A DNA stretch of 64,000 nucleotides, from the NCBI RefSeq assembly GCF_009914755.1, contig NC_060944.1; one strand, written 5' to 3'. The translations under genes and the position numbers were made by a program. The first letter of the stretch is position 1; the number at the start of each line of letters is the position of its first letter. This document shows positions 13,302 through 30,430 of the stretch, in pieces. This stretch comes from the human T2T-CHM13v2.0 reference genome, Homo sapiens. The notes under the pieces are model-generated. The model was not told the DNA's origin. It did not search any database and saw only the letters and a program-made list of their open reading frames with translations.

Positions 13302-15866
13302 GTAAGGAATCAGAAAAGGATTTATAGCACACAAGTCTTGACTACTGTTACATTCCACTTTGAAATCACTCTGAGGCGAAACAACAATTTTCCAAGATTT
13401 AAAGAAAAATAGATTTTACAAAAGGGATTCTTTTATTCACTCAATACATCATTTATGTTACTGACAGTAACAAGTAGATATTTTTTCCACTATAATTTGC
13501 TCTGATGAAATAAATAATTCTTTTAATTCCTAACAAATGCTACATTTTCAAGACTAAAGGAATTATCAGTAGGCATTCTTTCTTCTTGATCTAAGTTATT
13601 TGTCTCTAAAATATGTCAAGTAAGCTTTTAAAGATTCAGGGAGAGTCAGCTTCATGATTTTTTCTGTCAGTAAATTTTGAGGTGGCTCTTCTGGCTTCAT
13701 CGCTTCACTGTGATCTTTTTCTTCCTCTTCTTTGTTATCTTCTTCCATTTTTTCATCCTCCTCACTGTCTAGAGGCTGAGGAATAAGCTGATTACCCACA
13801 AATACGTAAGTGGTAATTCTCTGTTTAACTCTTTTTCTTTTCCTTTTGGGTGGAGCCCTTTGAGGAATCCCCTTGGCCTGCATCTCATCATTTATGAAAT
13901 TTCTAAGTGTGCGTCGAATGTAAATACGAGCCAAGTCCTGTAGATTCCTGACAGTGATTCCTTACAGAACTGTAGGGGTGAGGGTTAGATTTAATTTTAT
14001 ATAAGGTTTAAATAATTGTTAAGCTTATGTAACCTGATCTGAATTTATTAGATAAATGAAAACTTCATTTATCTAATAAGGAAATCAAATGCTTTGTAGA
14101 TCTATTTACCTTACTTTTGTTGCAATCACTATTGCTGGGTTGCTGTATATATATTCCGGGCAATATATGAGTGCAATAACAATTCAAAATATTGAATAAT
14201 TTAGCTTTTAAAAAATCCCACAAATTTTATGAAATTTTACAGCCCTGCTACTTTTGCTTTTGAATCTCTTGCCAAAAGACATGAGTAAAATATCTGCTTC
14301 TCTCATAGAGATTTTAAGAGGGCAGCAAGTGAATTATTAAAATAGGAAATATATACTTAATACAACTCTTTATATGGACCCTTTACATTTTCAATATTTT
14401 AAAAAATGAGGTTACCTTAACTCTCTAGAATTTTTAAAGTATATTTAGAATTGTTTTTTCTGTATTTCACTGTATAAAGTATTTGTTTTTTTAAAAAAGC
14501 AAAACCATTGTTATGTGTGACTCTTGATAGGCCACAGAACGAGTGAATGAGCATGAGTAAAGCCACTTTCTTAGACGGCTGTAAGTAGCAGGGCCATGGT
14601 AGAGCTGCTCAGTGTATGCACTTTAGCAGATGGAACTTCTAGTTTATCTGAATATTTATCTTTGACAAGGTAGGGCTGAGCCTACATTTGCTTTGGATAT
14701 TTCTAGTACAAGAAATATTCACAGAAATTGTATGTAGATACCCTTTGTTTAGAAAATCCTGTTCAGAATCATAGTGTAATCTTTGGGACTTACGCCATGC
14801 TCATTTGACTTCTTCCTATATTTTTTTATGTTTCTTTTGGTAAAACTATAATGGTTTTCATTTCTTACTTAATATCATACAATTATACTGTCATATTTGA
14901 GCATTATTGTAGCTTACCGGTGATAAAAAAACAGGTAGTAACTGCCATTGTTTGTTTCTTTGTTTTCCTAATAAGGCCTGAAAACAGCCATTCCTTGTTA
15001 AGAAAGTGTGCAATGCAACGTATTTGCTAGAGTTACATGGATTATATATTTCTTAAAGGGAAAAATTTGAGAGTATCAGGGATTACCACTAGCATTATTA
15101 TTATAGTAGTTGCTCAGATTTGGTTAAGGAAGCCCAATCAATGTATGGTGAAAGGATTATTTGCTCTCTGCTAAGATTCATATATTGTTTCAAAAATCTC
15201 AGCTCCAATAATTCCACAACATCTAAAAACAAGTGTTTGTGATCATGTGTAAGCATGAAACTGTTCCAAGTAAGTGAGGATATTTTAGTTATGTGAAAGA
15301 CAGTATCAATGGAAGGTTATTTGTTTTATACCAGTGGCTGGGATGGTCGAATTGGGATTATTTCTACAGTTATTCTTAGATGATTACTAAACTGTTAAGA
15401 AATGCCCCATATCATTTGTATCTAGGAAAGAAAAAATCAGTATCATGCTGTTGTCATCTGTCAGAAATATTCATTTTATTTTCAATTAAATGTGGCTTTT
15501 GAAGTTACCTTGAATTCCTGGTGACCACATGTTTTTATCTGGAAAACCTGGGGAAAGTTATCTGTCCCATCTATCCTGCTGTTTTATTTTTTTTTTATTT
15601 TTTATTTTTTTCTTGGTTGGAGCTGCTGTTTAGATGATGCTTTTACTATGTAGGAGAGAGTTTTTGTTAAGGATATATTTGAAGAATGGCTTTTCAATAT
15701 TGTCTTTCATTCTTTGACCTTGGCAAAGCATACAGTAGATTTTCATGATCATTGCATATTTCTTGTCATTGAAATGCATCTTTTATGTTTTTAAATGCAA
15801 TCACTTTACACTTGTGACTTTATCATTGACTTTAAGAGGTAGAAATAAAAAATGAAAATAAAAAAA
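13302..15866. pseudogene. PCMTD1 retrocopy, 5'-truncated with a 5' inversion (13302-13954 minus strand: C-terminal CDS and proximal 3'UTR; 13955-15866 plus strand: distal 3'UTR and A-tail)
   Basis: The minus strand over 13596-13954 reads VRNLQDLARIYIRRTLRNFINDEMQAKGIPQRAPPKRKRKR..LPESLKAYLTYFRDK, matching the PCMTD1 C-terminus. TSD GAAAATGAA(C/T)GAGATCC at 13285-13301 and 15867-15883. Confidence 0.93.
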
Positions 15867-16174
15867 GAAAATGAATGAGATCCACACACCTGCGTGTGTG
15901 AGACTATCATGGCAACGGCGACACCCACAGGCATTGCCACCTTCAGGGAGAGGGTCTGGAAAACTCAAGACTATCATGGAGGTTCAGTTCCACACTCCAC
16001 CCTTCCAGGGTGGTTTCTCCCTGAAATCTTGTGTGAGCCCAGAGATAAACTTCTAGTTTCTGTAGAATTGTGGAGAACTCAGAGAGCCAGCCCCAGAAGC
16101 CCCCCTTTCCCTGCCGATCTGGCCCCACCTTCACCTACCACACAAGGCCCTGTGTCTGTGGTTTCTGGGACCTT

Positions 16175-16250
16175 CGGAGGGCGGGTTACCCAGGGCCCTT
16201 GGGTGCTCATGCATATTCATGAAGGGGTGAAGCTGGTGGGTCTTTATAAG
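16175..16250 (+). promoter_or_regulatory. DUX-type promoter remnant: GC box and TATAA box
   Basis: GGGCGG at 16179-16184, ttcatgaaggggtg, then ctttataaggg with TATAA at 16245-16249, at the position of the DUX4 TACAA box and about 130 nt before the ATG. Confidence 0.65.
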
Positions 16251-16377
16251 GGCCACTGGCGGGGTTGGACTCCTGCCTGGACCTGCGTGCAACACAGAGG
16301 CCAACTGAGGTGCACTGGAGCCGCCGGCCTCTCTCTGCCCGTGTCTATCCATGAAATTCCGGCCAGGTGCCCTCGTG

Positions 16378-17335
16378 ATGGCTCTCCCGACACCTTCTGA
16401 CAGCCCCTTCCCCGCGGAAGCCCGAGAACGAGGACGGCAAAGGAGACTCGTTTGTAACCTGAATGAAAAAGATGCCCTGCCAGCGTGCTTTGAGCAGAAC
16501 CCGTACCCGAACTGGCCAGAGAGACCTGCCTTTTGGAGTCCAGGATTCAGATTTCGTGTCAGAATCGAAGGTCCAGGCATCCAGGCCAGGGTGGCAGGGA
16601 ACTCGCGCACGCAGGCGGCCTGTGCAACGCGGCCCACAGCGGGTGCCACCCTCTCTCCTTGGTCACCTTCACCCACGCTAGGGCGTGGGGAACAGGGGGC
16701 TTTCGTGAGCCAGACAGCAAGGGTCGCCCCTCTGCTGCAGCCCAGCCAGGCTTCGCAAGCAGAAGGAATCTCCCAACCTGCCGTGGCACACGGGGATTTT
16801 GGGTTTGCTGCCCTGGCTCCTTCGGAAGTGGCGCTGTCCCACCCTCAGACACCTGGGTGACCTCTGCATCCGAACAGATGGCAGGAGGACTAGGACCCGC
16901 AGTACGGTGGCTTTCTGGGTGCGAGCTCAATGGGATAGCTTGGGCCACTGAGGCTCAAGGTGTGCTTGCGCCTCACACGTCCCACATGAGTCCGTATTGG
17001 GGCTGGGGCCAGGGTCCACAGGTCGCCAGGGCGCGTGGGAATGCGAAGCGGAGGCACATCTACCTCCGCAGCTCGCGCTCATGGAGGCCTCTGTGTGTCA
17101 GAAGCAGATGTAAGCCATCCAGGCACCCTCCCAACGGCTCCAGGAGCTGGAGTCTTCATCTGTACTCGCATCCACCCTGTTATATGAGTTCCTGTCGACC
17201 CCAGAATTTCAGCAAAAGGCATAACCTTTCCTAGCAATGGAGCCGCTGGGGGAGTTGAAGGACTTGGAAGAGCCCGCTTTTCTGGAACCACTCCTCAGCC
17301 AGGAAGAACACTGGGCTCAGCTGGAGGAGCTTTAG
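16378..17335 (+). pseudogene. DUX4-like pseudogene, copy 2 (HD1/HD2 fusion deletion; residual 160-aa ORF 16378-16860)
   Basis: MALPTPSDSPFPAEARERGRQRRLV..CFEQNPYP, then in another frame LARETCLLESRIQISCQNRRSRHPGQGGR (homeodomain 2), ending ..SQEEHWAQLEEL*; internal stops at 16858 and 17222. Confidence 0.93.
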
Positions 17336-18763
17336 GACGGGGGTTGGGACCGGGTGGGGGCAGGGCGGTGGCTCCTCTTTCGTGGTGAACCTCTGGCTCC
17401 GTATGGAGACCTGTGTCTTCCCTTCCAGCTGACCTGTCTAGGATCCCTGAGTCCAGGCCCGGCGAGAGACTCCACAGAAAGGAGGGCTGTCATTCTTTCC
17501 TGAGCATCCCAAGGATTTCAGAGCCAGCCCAGGTACTCAGAGATGGGCCGTCTACTGCGCATGCGCAGGTCCGCGGGCAGCTGGCTAGGGTTTGGGATCA
17601 GCCCAGGCAGGGCTCTCATCCCTTCCCCCGCCCCCCCACGCAGTACACCCCCCTGCCCCCATGTTCTTCAGTGGTGTAGGCGGAGACCTTCATCCCGGGA
17701 AATACCGACCCGGGCAGCGGCCAGCCCTGCTCTCCTTTCCGCAGCTCAACTCCACTACCTCCCCGCTCCACCCTCCCTCGCCCACCCGTGCCCTGCCATC
17801 CTCCTCGGCATCACGTGGAGCGCCCAGCAACTAAATGTAGACCCCGAGATCTCGCGCAAACCGTGGTTCTGCCCTTTCCAGGCGGGAGGGAGGCCAGGCA
17901 GAGATGGGGAAAGGAACGGAGACAAAGTGAGAGAGAGGGACAGAGGGAGGAAAGGACGGACCTTGGAAGGGAAGGAGGGAGGGAGGGAGGGAAAGAAAAA
18001 GAGAGGAAGGGAGGAAGGGAAGGAGGGAGAAAGGGAGGTATGCATGGTGGGAAAGAGGGAAGGAGAGAAGAACAGAGGGAGGGAGGGAGACAGGGAGGGA
18101 GAGAGGGAGAGAAGGAAGAACAGAGGGAAGGATGGACAGAGGGAGAAAAAGAGCGAGAAACAGAGAAAGGAAGGCAAAGAGAAAAACAGTCTTCTGCCTC
18201 CAGGACCAGCAGGACTTCGAACTCCGGGAAAATGTTGGGTGCCCAGTGCAGGCTGAGTGCTCAGCCCACAGCCTCGTCGGCCGGCGGTGCGCTCACCGAC
18301 CCTCGGGATTGCCAGCCTGGGTTACTTCATCCGGGAGCGATTCAGAGGAATTCCGCCTCCCAAGGAATGAGCGAATTCCCCAAAGAACAGAGCCGAGACT
18401 CGAATGGTTGTCCGTTTTTCATCCACATGGTTCACAGATGACATATCCCCACGCTGAGCCTGCAACAGAGCGCGAGGCAGATACTCCCATCCACACAGGA
18501 GTCACACTCAAGCCGAGTGAACCATGATTCCGGATTCCACGTTCCTTTGCCCTCTGCAAGTGGGCCTGCTGCTCACGTGTCTCTGGCCCCCGAAAGCGTG
18601 ACCGTGTTGACTGTTTGTTTCCCGAGCTCTGTGGGGCACAGAAACCTCCAGCGAAGCGTGGAAAAGCAGCATCGTGTCTTCGCTCTCCTTTGGTTTCCAA
18701 ACAGGCCACTTTGGAGACTCCCCATGTTGCAGGAAACAGGAATCCTTCATCAGGCCGTGATGC

Positions 18764-20280
18764 CTCAGTCCCCTGCCCAGGCTCAAGGCCCACCAGGCGG
18801 CCTCCCTTTCGCTGGCACTCCAGGCCTTCCCCCGGCTCGCGAGCTCCTGAGTTTCCAACACATCTGGCTGGCTCAGGACAGGGTGTGCTTGCAGGCGTCA
18901 GGGCCCGGGGCCCACAGTCCTGGGATCCCCTCTGGTCTTCCGCCTTGCAGCGGAAAAATTGTTTTGGATCCCTCGCACCCCTCCTGCAAGGCCCCCTCTT
19001 GGCCCACACACCCAGAGCCGTCAGGGCTGCCCAGGGGCGAACAGCAGCCCAGCCCTGCGGGCCCTTTTTCTCACAAGGTCCACACCATCGTCGCTTGTCC
19101 CGAAGAGGACCTACCAGTGGCCAACGGGACAGGAAGGCACTGCTTTGCCACGCGCTGGCACTAGAGCCCTGGCAGCCTGATCCCCGGGAAAGAGGGGCTG
19201 AGGGACACCCAGACACACCCCACCACTACCACGAGCAAACCCATCCCGACACACACACAGGTACACATGGGTGCATGCACACAGGCACACATGGACACAC
19301 ACACACGGACATACACACATGGACACACAAAGACACACACACGGACACATGGACACACGCACACGGACACACACGGACACACACACAAGGACATACAGAC
19401 AAAGACACAGACACAGCTTGAAAGAGAGCTAAGGAGACTGGGATGGAGAGATACAAATGGGGGGAGAGAGAGAAAAATGGAGGGGGAGAGAGACAGAAGG
19501 TGACAGAAGAGCGAGAGTTGGAGGGGGAAGTAGAGAAAGAGAGAGGGTGAGGGAGTTGTAGAGAGAGAGAGACAGAGCCTTGGAGAGGGAGGCTCTGCTC
19601 AGGTAGACAGGGCACTTTGAGCAGGCCGGGGTGAGGTGGAGGGTGCTTGGGCCAGGGTAGAACAGGGGGTCAGGGCCACCCACGCGGGAAAACCAACGGA
19701 GCCCTGAGACGTGTTTTTTTTTTCTTGGATTGGTTGGTTGCTTTGGGGGTGCGTTTCATAGGGTCCTTCCTTTGTTTGCTTCTTTCTGTCTCCTTGATGC
19801 GGTGGGCCCCGAGATTTGTAGAGTGCACCGGTCCATCTGGTGGAAGCCGTGGCACCGAGCGTGTCCACGGGGCCAGGTCTGGGTCTCTCTCGTGTCCTCG
19901 GGACTAGAGTTTACACGACGTTGGTGGCAATGGGAAACAGGGTGCACAGGGACGGATTTCTTCGTGGCTGGCGAAGACAATGTCCTTCCCCCGGGAAAGC
20001 AGCCCACCGGTTCTGGAGCGGAGGTCTTGGCTGGCGACTGTGGGACCTGCTGCCCCAACTTGGATGGTTGCGGCGGCGCTTGATGAATGAGTTGAATTGC
20101 CTGGGGTCCGGGGAGCAGGAAGACACCCCGGAGGGCAGGAAATCCGCGCCTGTGCCTTCCAGGTCTAGTACCTGCTGCAGCGCCCCGGCTGGAGCCGGGC
20201 TCCTGGTGGGGCTGCAGCCAGGCGAAAGAGGTGGGATGCTGCCATCTGGCGGTATTGCCGCTGCAGACCCCCACGAGGAA
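18764..20280 (-). repeat. Diverged 5S rDNA repeat-unit spacer homologue, without the 5S gene
   Basis: Matches my recall of the 2.2-kb 5S repeat spacer (ggatccctcgc..cctcctgcaaggccccctctt; gggccccgagatttg; gtggctggcgaag..aatgtccttcccccggg.aaagcagccca; gctggagccgggctcctgg), including the CA-rich (19210-19415) and GA-rich tracts. No GTCTACGGCCATACC-like sequence seen. Confidence 0.75.
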
Positions 20281-21708
20281 GTTTCATCTCGACATAAATC
20301 TTTTTCTTTCTTCAGCTGATCTGTATCCTTAATTTTAGATTAGTGGTAACTCCACAAATTTAGAGGCACAAAATATGGTTGCCCACACCTTATAATCGCA
20401 TTACCACCTCCCATTACCACCACCTTTCCCCCTCCTCCCCACCCTCAACCCGTAGACTAGGTCTCGCGATGTTTCCAAGGCTGGCCTAAAACTCCTGGGC
20501 TTAAGTTATTTGCCTGCCTTGGCCTCTCAAAGTGCTGTGATCGGCGGTGTGAGTCACCATGACCAGCCAACCACCACCAAGTTTTGATTCAGTAGCACTG
20601 GGTTGTGGAGCTAAGGATCCACAAATTTAGAAAAGTTTTTAAATATCATAACGTTTCTGTGTGGAAATAGTATTTGGTATTACATTTTTAGACTCTTTTA
20701 TAATGTTCTGTTTTTTTCCACCGAGCAGAATACTAAGTAGTAATTGGAAAATCACAGCATAAGTCATATTAATTTTTTTAATACAGAGTCCTTGGCTCTT
20801 CTCTAAGCTAAACCTGATCACCTATATTGAGTAAAAGAAAAAGCCCCAGAGTGTGAAGAGACAGGGGATAGTAGCCAAACATCCAAATAGGTGGGAGTGA
20901 ATAAGGCAGATGACAGAGATGAGATGTCCAAAGGTCAAGGAGAAAGCCAGATCTTAAAGTGTGGTTTGCGAAGCTATGCTTCAATGGAAATCTTTTCTGA
21001 GAAGCCCTGATTTATTTCTCTTGCTTTCGTTAAAGACTGACATCCTCTGCCCCATGCTCTTCAATTTTCTAGGACTGAACTTCCCCTTCAACGATCATTC
21101 TTCTAGGTTACAAAGAAAATCAAAGCCCTTTGCATGGCTTATAAGGGACTGGAGGACATGGTTGCTTGCTCTTTTATTGCTTTTGAGGACATGGAGCTGT
21201 CTGTGATTTTTAAGGAACTCTATGATAAGCATTTTCTAATTTCCATTTTGAGTCTTGTCTAAAATGTGTGAGAGCAGTGGAGATATTGGGATTTGGTTTA
21301 GAAATCACAGAAACACCATATCCAGATGTCGTAACTTTTCTGCTTTATAATTTCATATCCTGTGAAGGTTTCAAAAGTGATTCTACAGAAATTCATACTC
21401 AATAATTTTATCAGAATACTAAGCATCTGCCCCATATAATAAAACCAAATGTTATTTTACTTCAAAATTTTAAGTTTTTGGTATGTATTGAGGCTAATAC
21501 TGTAAACACTCTGTGCCATAATTCCTAAACTGTAATATGGTTTAATGTATCTACTTTCTACATTTAAAACGTGTACTTTGCCATTGAGGAACTCAAAATA
21601 TTGTTGAGCATGTATTAAATACCCATTTGTTTCCTGATTTTTAAATAGTTATCATTTTACAATTTTGCCTTGCTTAGTTTGAAGCTTACTAGGATTTTGT
21701 CATTGATA

Positions 21709-21850
21709 TGTGTGTGTGTATATATATATATATATATACATACACACACACACAATTATATACATAACAACATATGTAATTGATATATATGTATATGTTT
21801 TATATATGTCTATATACACACTTATATGAATATATGCATGTGTACATAAC
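21709..21850. repeat. (TG)/(TA)/(CA)n compound microsatellite
   Basis: Direct inspection. Confidence 0.9.
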
Positions 21851-22768
21851 ATTAATTTTTTGGCCAATAAAAATTGCATAATTATGTATTGTGTACATTA
21901 TAAAAATTTGATAGATATATATTGTAAAATGTTTAATACAATTAAGTTGATGAACATTTATGTCACCTCACATGGTTATGTTTTTTGTAGTGAGAGCATT
22001 TGAGGTCTCCTACTGTTGTAGCAAATTTTAAGCATACAAAACACTGTTATTAACTACATCTTAAAGCTGTACATTAGACCCCCAAAACTTATTTATCTTA
22101 TAACTGAAAGTTTGTACTCTTTGAACACCTTCTCATTTTTTCTACCTCCAGGCCTGGTCATTACCATTGTACTCTCTGCTTCTATAAGTTCAGGCTTTTT
22201 AAATTCTCCATTTAAGTGCGAACACACAGTGTTTGTCTTTCTGTGCCTGGCTTATTTTACGTAGCATAATATACCCAGGTCCATTCATGTTGTTGAAATA
22301 GCAGAATTTCATTCTTTTTTATGGGTGAATAATATTCGGTTGTCTATTTATACCACATTTTCCTTATCCATTCAGCATCTACAGATAAGTCATTTTTAAA
22401 AAAAAATATCCTTGACAGTTGTGAATAATGCTGCATTGAATACAGGAGTGCAGATAATTTTTGAGATGCTGATTTTATTTTGTTTATTTAGAGAAGTGAA
22501 ATTTCGGGATTGTACGATATTCTATTTTTTAAAATAAACTGTGTGCTAATTTTCATGACTCTTCCAGTCTGCAACTCATTAAGACTGTACAGAAATATTT
22601 TGTCACATCCTTGTTAACACTTGTCATGTTTCTTTTTTTGATATTAGCCATTCCAACTGCTGTAAAGTGGTATCTTTTTATTTGCAATTTTCTCATGAAT
22701 GGTAATGTTTAGCATCTTTCTACATATCTCTTGGCCATTTGAATATGTTTGTATAAAATATTTAGTCT

Positions 22769-28902
<6,134 letters not shown>

Positions 28903-30201
28903 ATTTAGTCTTTTGCTTATTTTTTAGTTGGGTATTATAATTATTATTGTTTAGCTTCTGATTTGTATGAGTTTCTGCTATATTTTGAATACTAACCTCT
29001 TATCATATATAGTTTGCAAATATTTTATCCCATCTTAAATGTTTTCTTATTTTTTGCTGTGCACAATACTTTAATACACTACAACTTTATGCCTCCTTTT
29101 ATTGCTATATTTTTGATATCATATTTAAAAAAAACATTGCCAAGGTCAGTATCATGAAGGCTTTTCATATGCTTTTTTAAAGATTTTCTTTTAAAGATTT
29201 ATGTATTAAATGTAAGTCTTTATTTTAAGTCAATTTTTGTGTCTGGTGTAAGAAATATGATCAAGTTTTATTATTGTGCTTGCGAGTACCCAGTTTTCCC
29301 AGCACTAAGTATTGAAAAGGCTACACGTTTTGTATTGTGTATTCATAGTGCCCTTGTCAAAGATTAACTTTAGATGCATAGATTTACTTCTGGGCTCTGT
29401 ATTCTGTTCCATTGGTTTTTGTGTTTGTTCCTATAAACATTCCATTCTATTATGTTTACTGTAGTCTTGAAATGCAATTTTAAATAATAAAATATAATGT
29501 CCCCAGATTTTGTTTTATTCCTCATGATTGGTTTGACCATTCAATATTTCTTATAGTTTTATATACATTGCAGACTTTATTTTCTATTACTGTAAAAAGT
29601 GGCACAGGAATTTTGATAGGAAGTTGAATTAATCTACAGATTGCTTTGGATAATATGGCACTTAGACAATATTCTTCTAATCCATAAACATGTAATATAT
29701 TTACATTTATTAGTATCTTCTTTAATTTTTTTATCAATGTATTTTATTTTTATTGTAAAGATCTTTCGCCACATTGGTGAAATTTATTGCTAAGAAATCT
29801 ATTATTTGGTTGCTATTGTAAATGAGATTTTTTTTTTCTTTTTTACTGGTTTGTTGCTAGCATATAGAAACAAAACTCATATTTGTATGTTAATTGTTTA
29901 TTCTGCTTCTTTACTGAGTGCATTCATTAGATGCACTATTTATATATAGTTCCATTAAATGTATTATTTAAATGTACTACTTATATTTTTTATATATAAC
30001 ATTATGTCATCTACAAACAGTGACGTTATTTCTTCTTTTCAATATGGATCTTTTAGCTTTTCTTGCTTAATTATTTGATGTAGGACTTAATTATTCTATG
30101 TAGGACTTCCAGTTCTATGTTAAAATAGAACCGTTAGAATGGGCATAATGTAGACTTGCATTGGTGTTTGCACATTTGAAGGAGCAAACACCTCTTTCCA
30201 T

Positions 30202-30202
<1 letters not shown>

Positions 30203-30234
<32 letters not shown>

Positions 30235-30430
30235 TCTTTTTGAGATGGAGTCTCGCTCTGTCACCCAGGCTGGAGTGCTGTGGCACGATCTTGGTTCGCT
30301 GCAACAGCCGCCTCCTGAGTTCAAGCAATTCTCTGCCTCAGCAGGCTGGTTTTGAACTCCTGACCTCGTGATCCACCCACCTCGGCCTCCCAAAGTGCTG
30401 GGATTACAGGTGTGAGCCACCGTGCCCAGT
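30203..30430 (-). mobile_element. Alu with an internal deletion and (TTG)n tail
   Basis: gcctcagc|aggctgg junction at about 30342; flanked by near-identical cacctcttt..cattt repeats. Confidence 0.88.

Larger units (their letters stand above)
11106..18763 (+). repeat. Degenerate D4Z4-like (3.3-kb family) tandem of about two partial units
   Basis: 11106-13240 and about 16640-18763 are colinear repeats, with GGA-rich tracts at 12380-12650 and 17900-18185. A KpnI site (GGTACC) lies at 12063. Stop-to-stop distance is 5470 nt, or about 3.2 kb after removing the 2582-nt retrocopy insertion and restoring 291 nt of deletions. Confidence 0.92.

Noticed and set aside
13596-13934. 112-aa PCMTD1-like ORF as a functional CDS
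   Set aside because: It starts at TTG inside an inverted, 5'-truncated retrocopy and lacks the methyltransferase domain. It appears to come from the last exon only, so intron loss cannot be shown; the TSD and A-tail support retroposition.
18764-20280. A 5S rRNA gene or pseudogene
   Set aside because: No 5S coding sequence found on either strand; only spacer-like homology.
17543-20319. Overlapping ORFs of 150-270 aa on both strands
   Set aside because: Expected in GC-rich D4Z4 and 5S spacer DNA; no recognisable domains.
20580-21710. Resemblance to KRAB-ZNF gene intron sequence
   Set aside because: Only a vague recollection; I found no KRAB exon or zinc-finger array.
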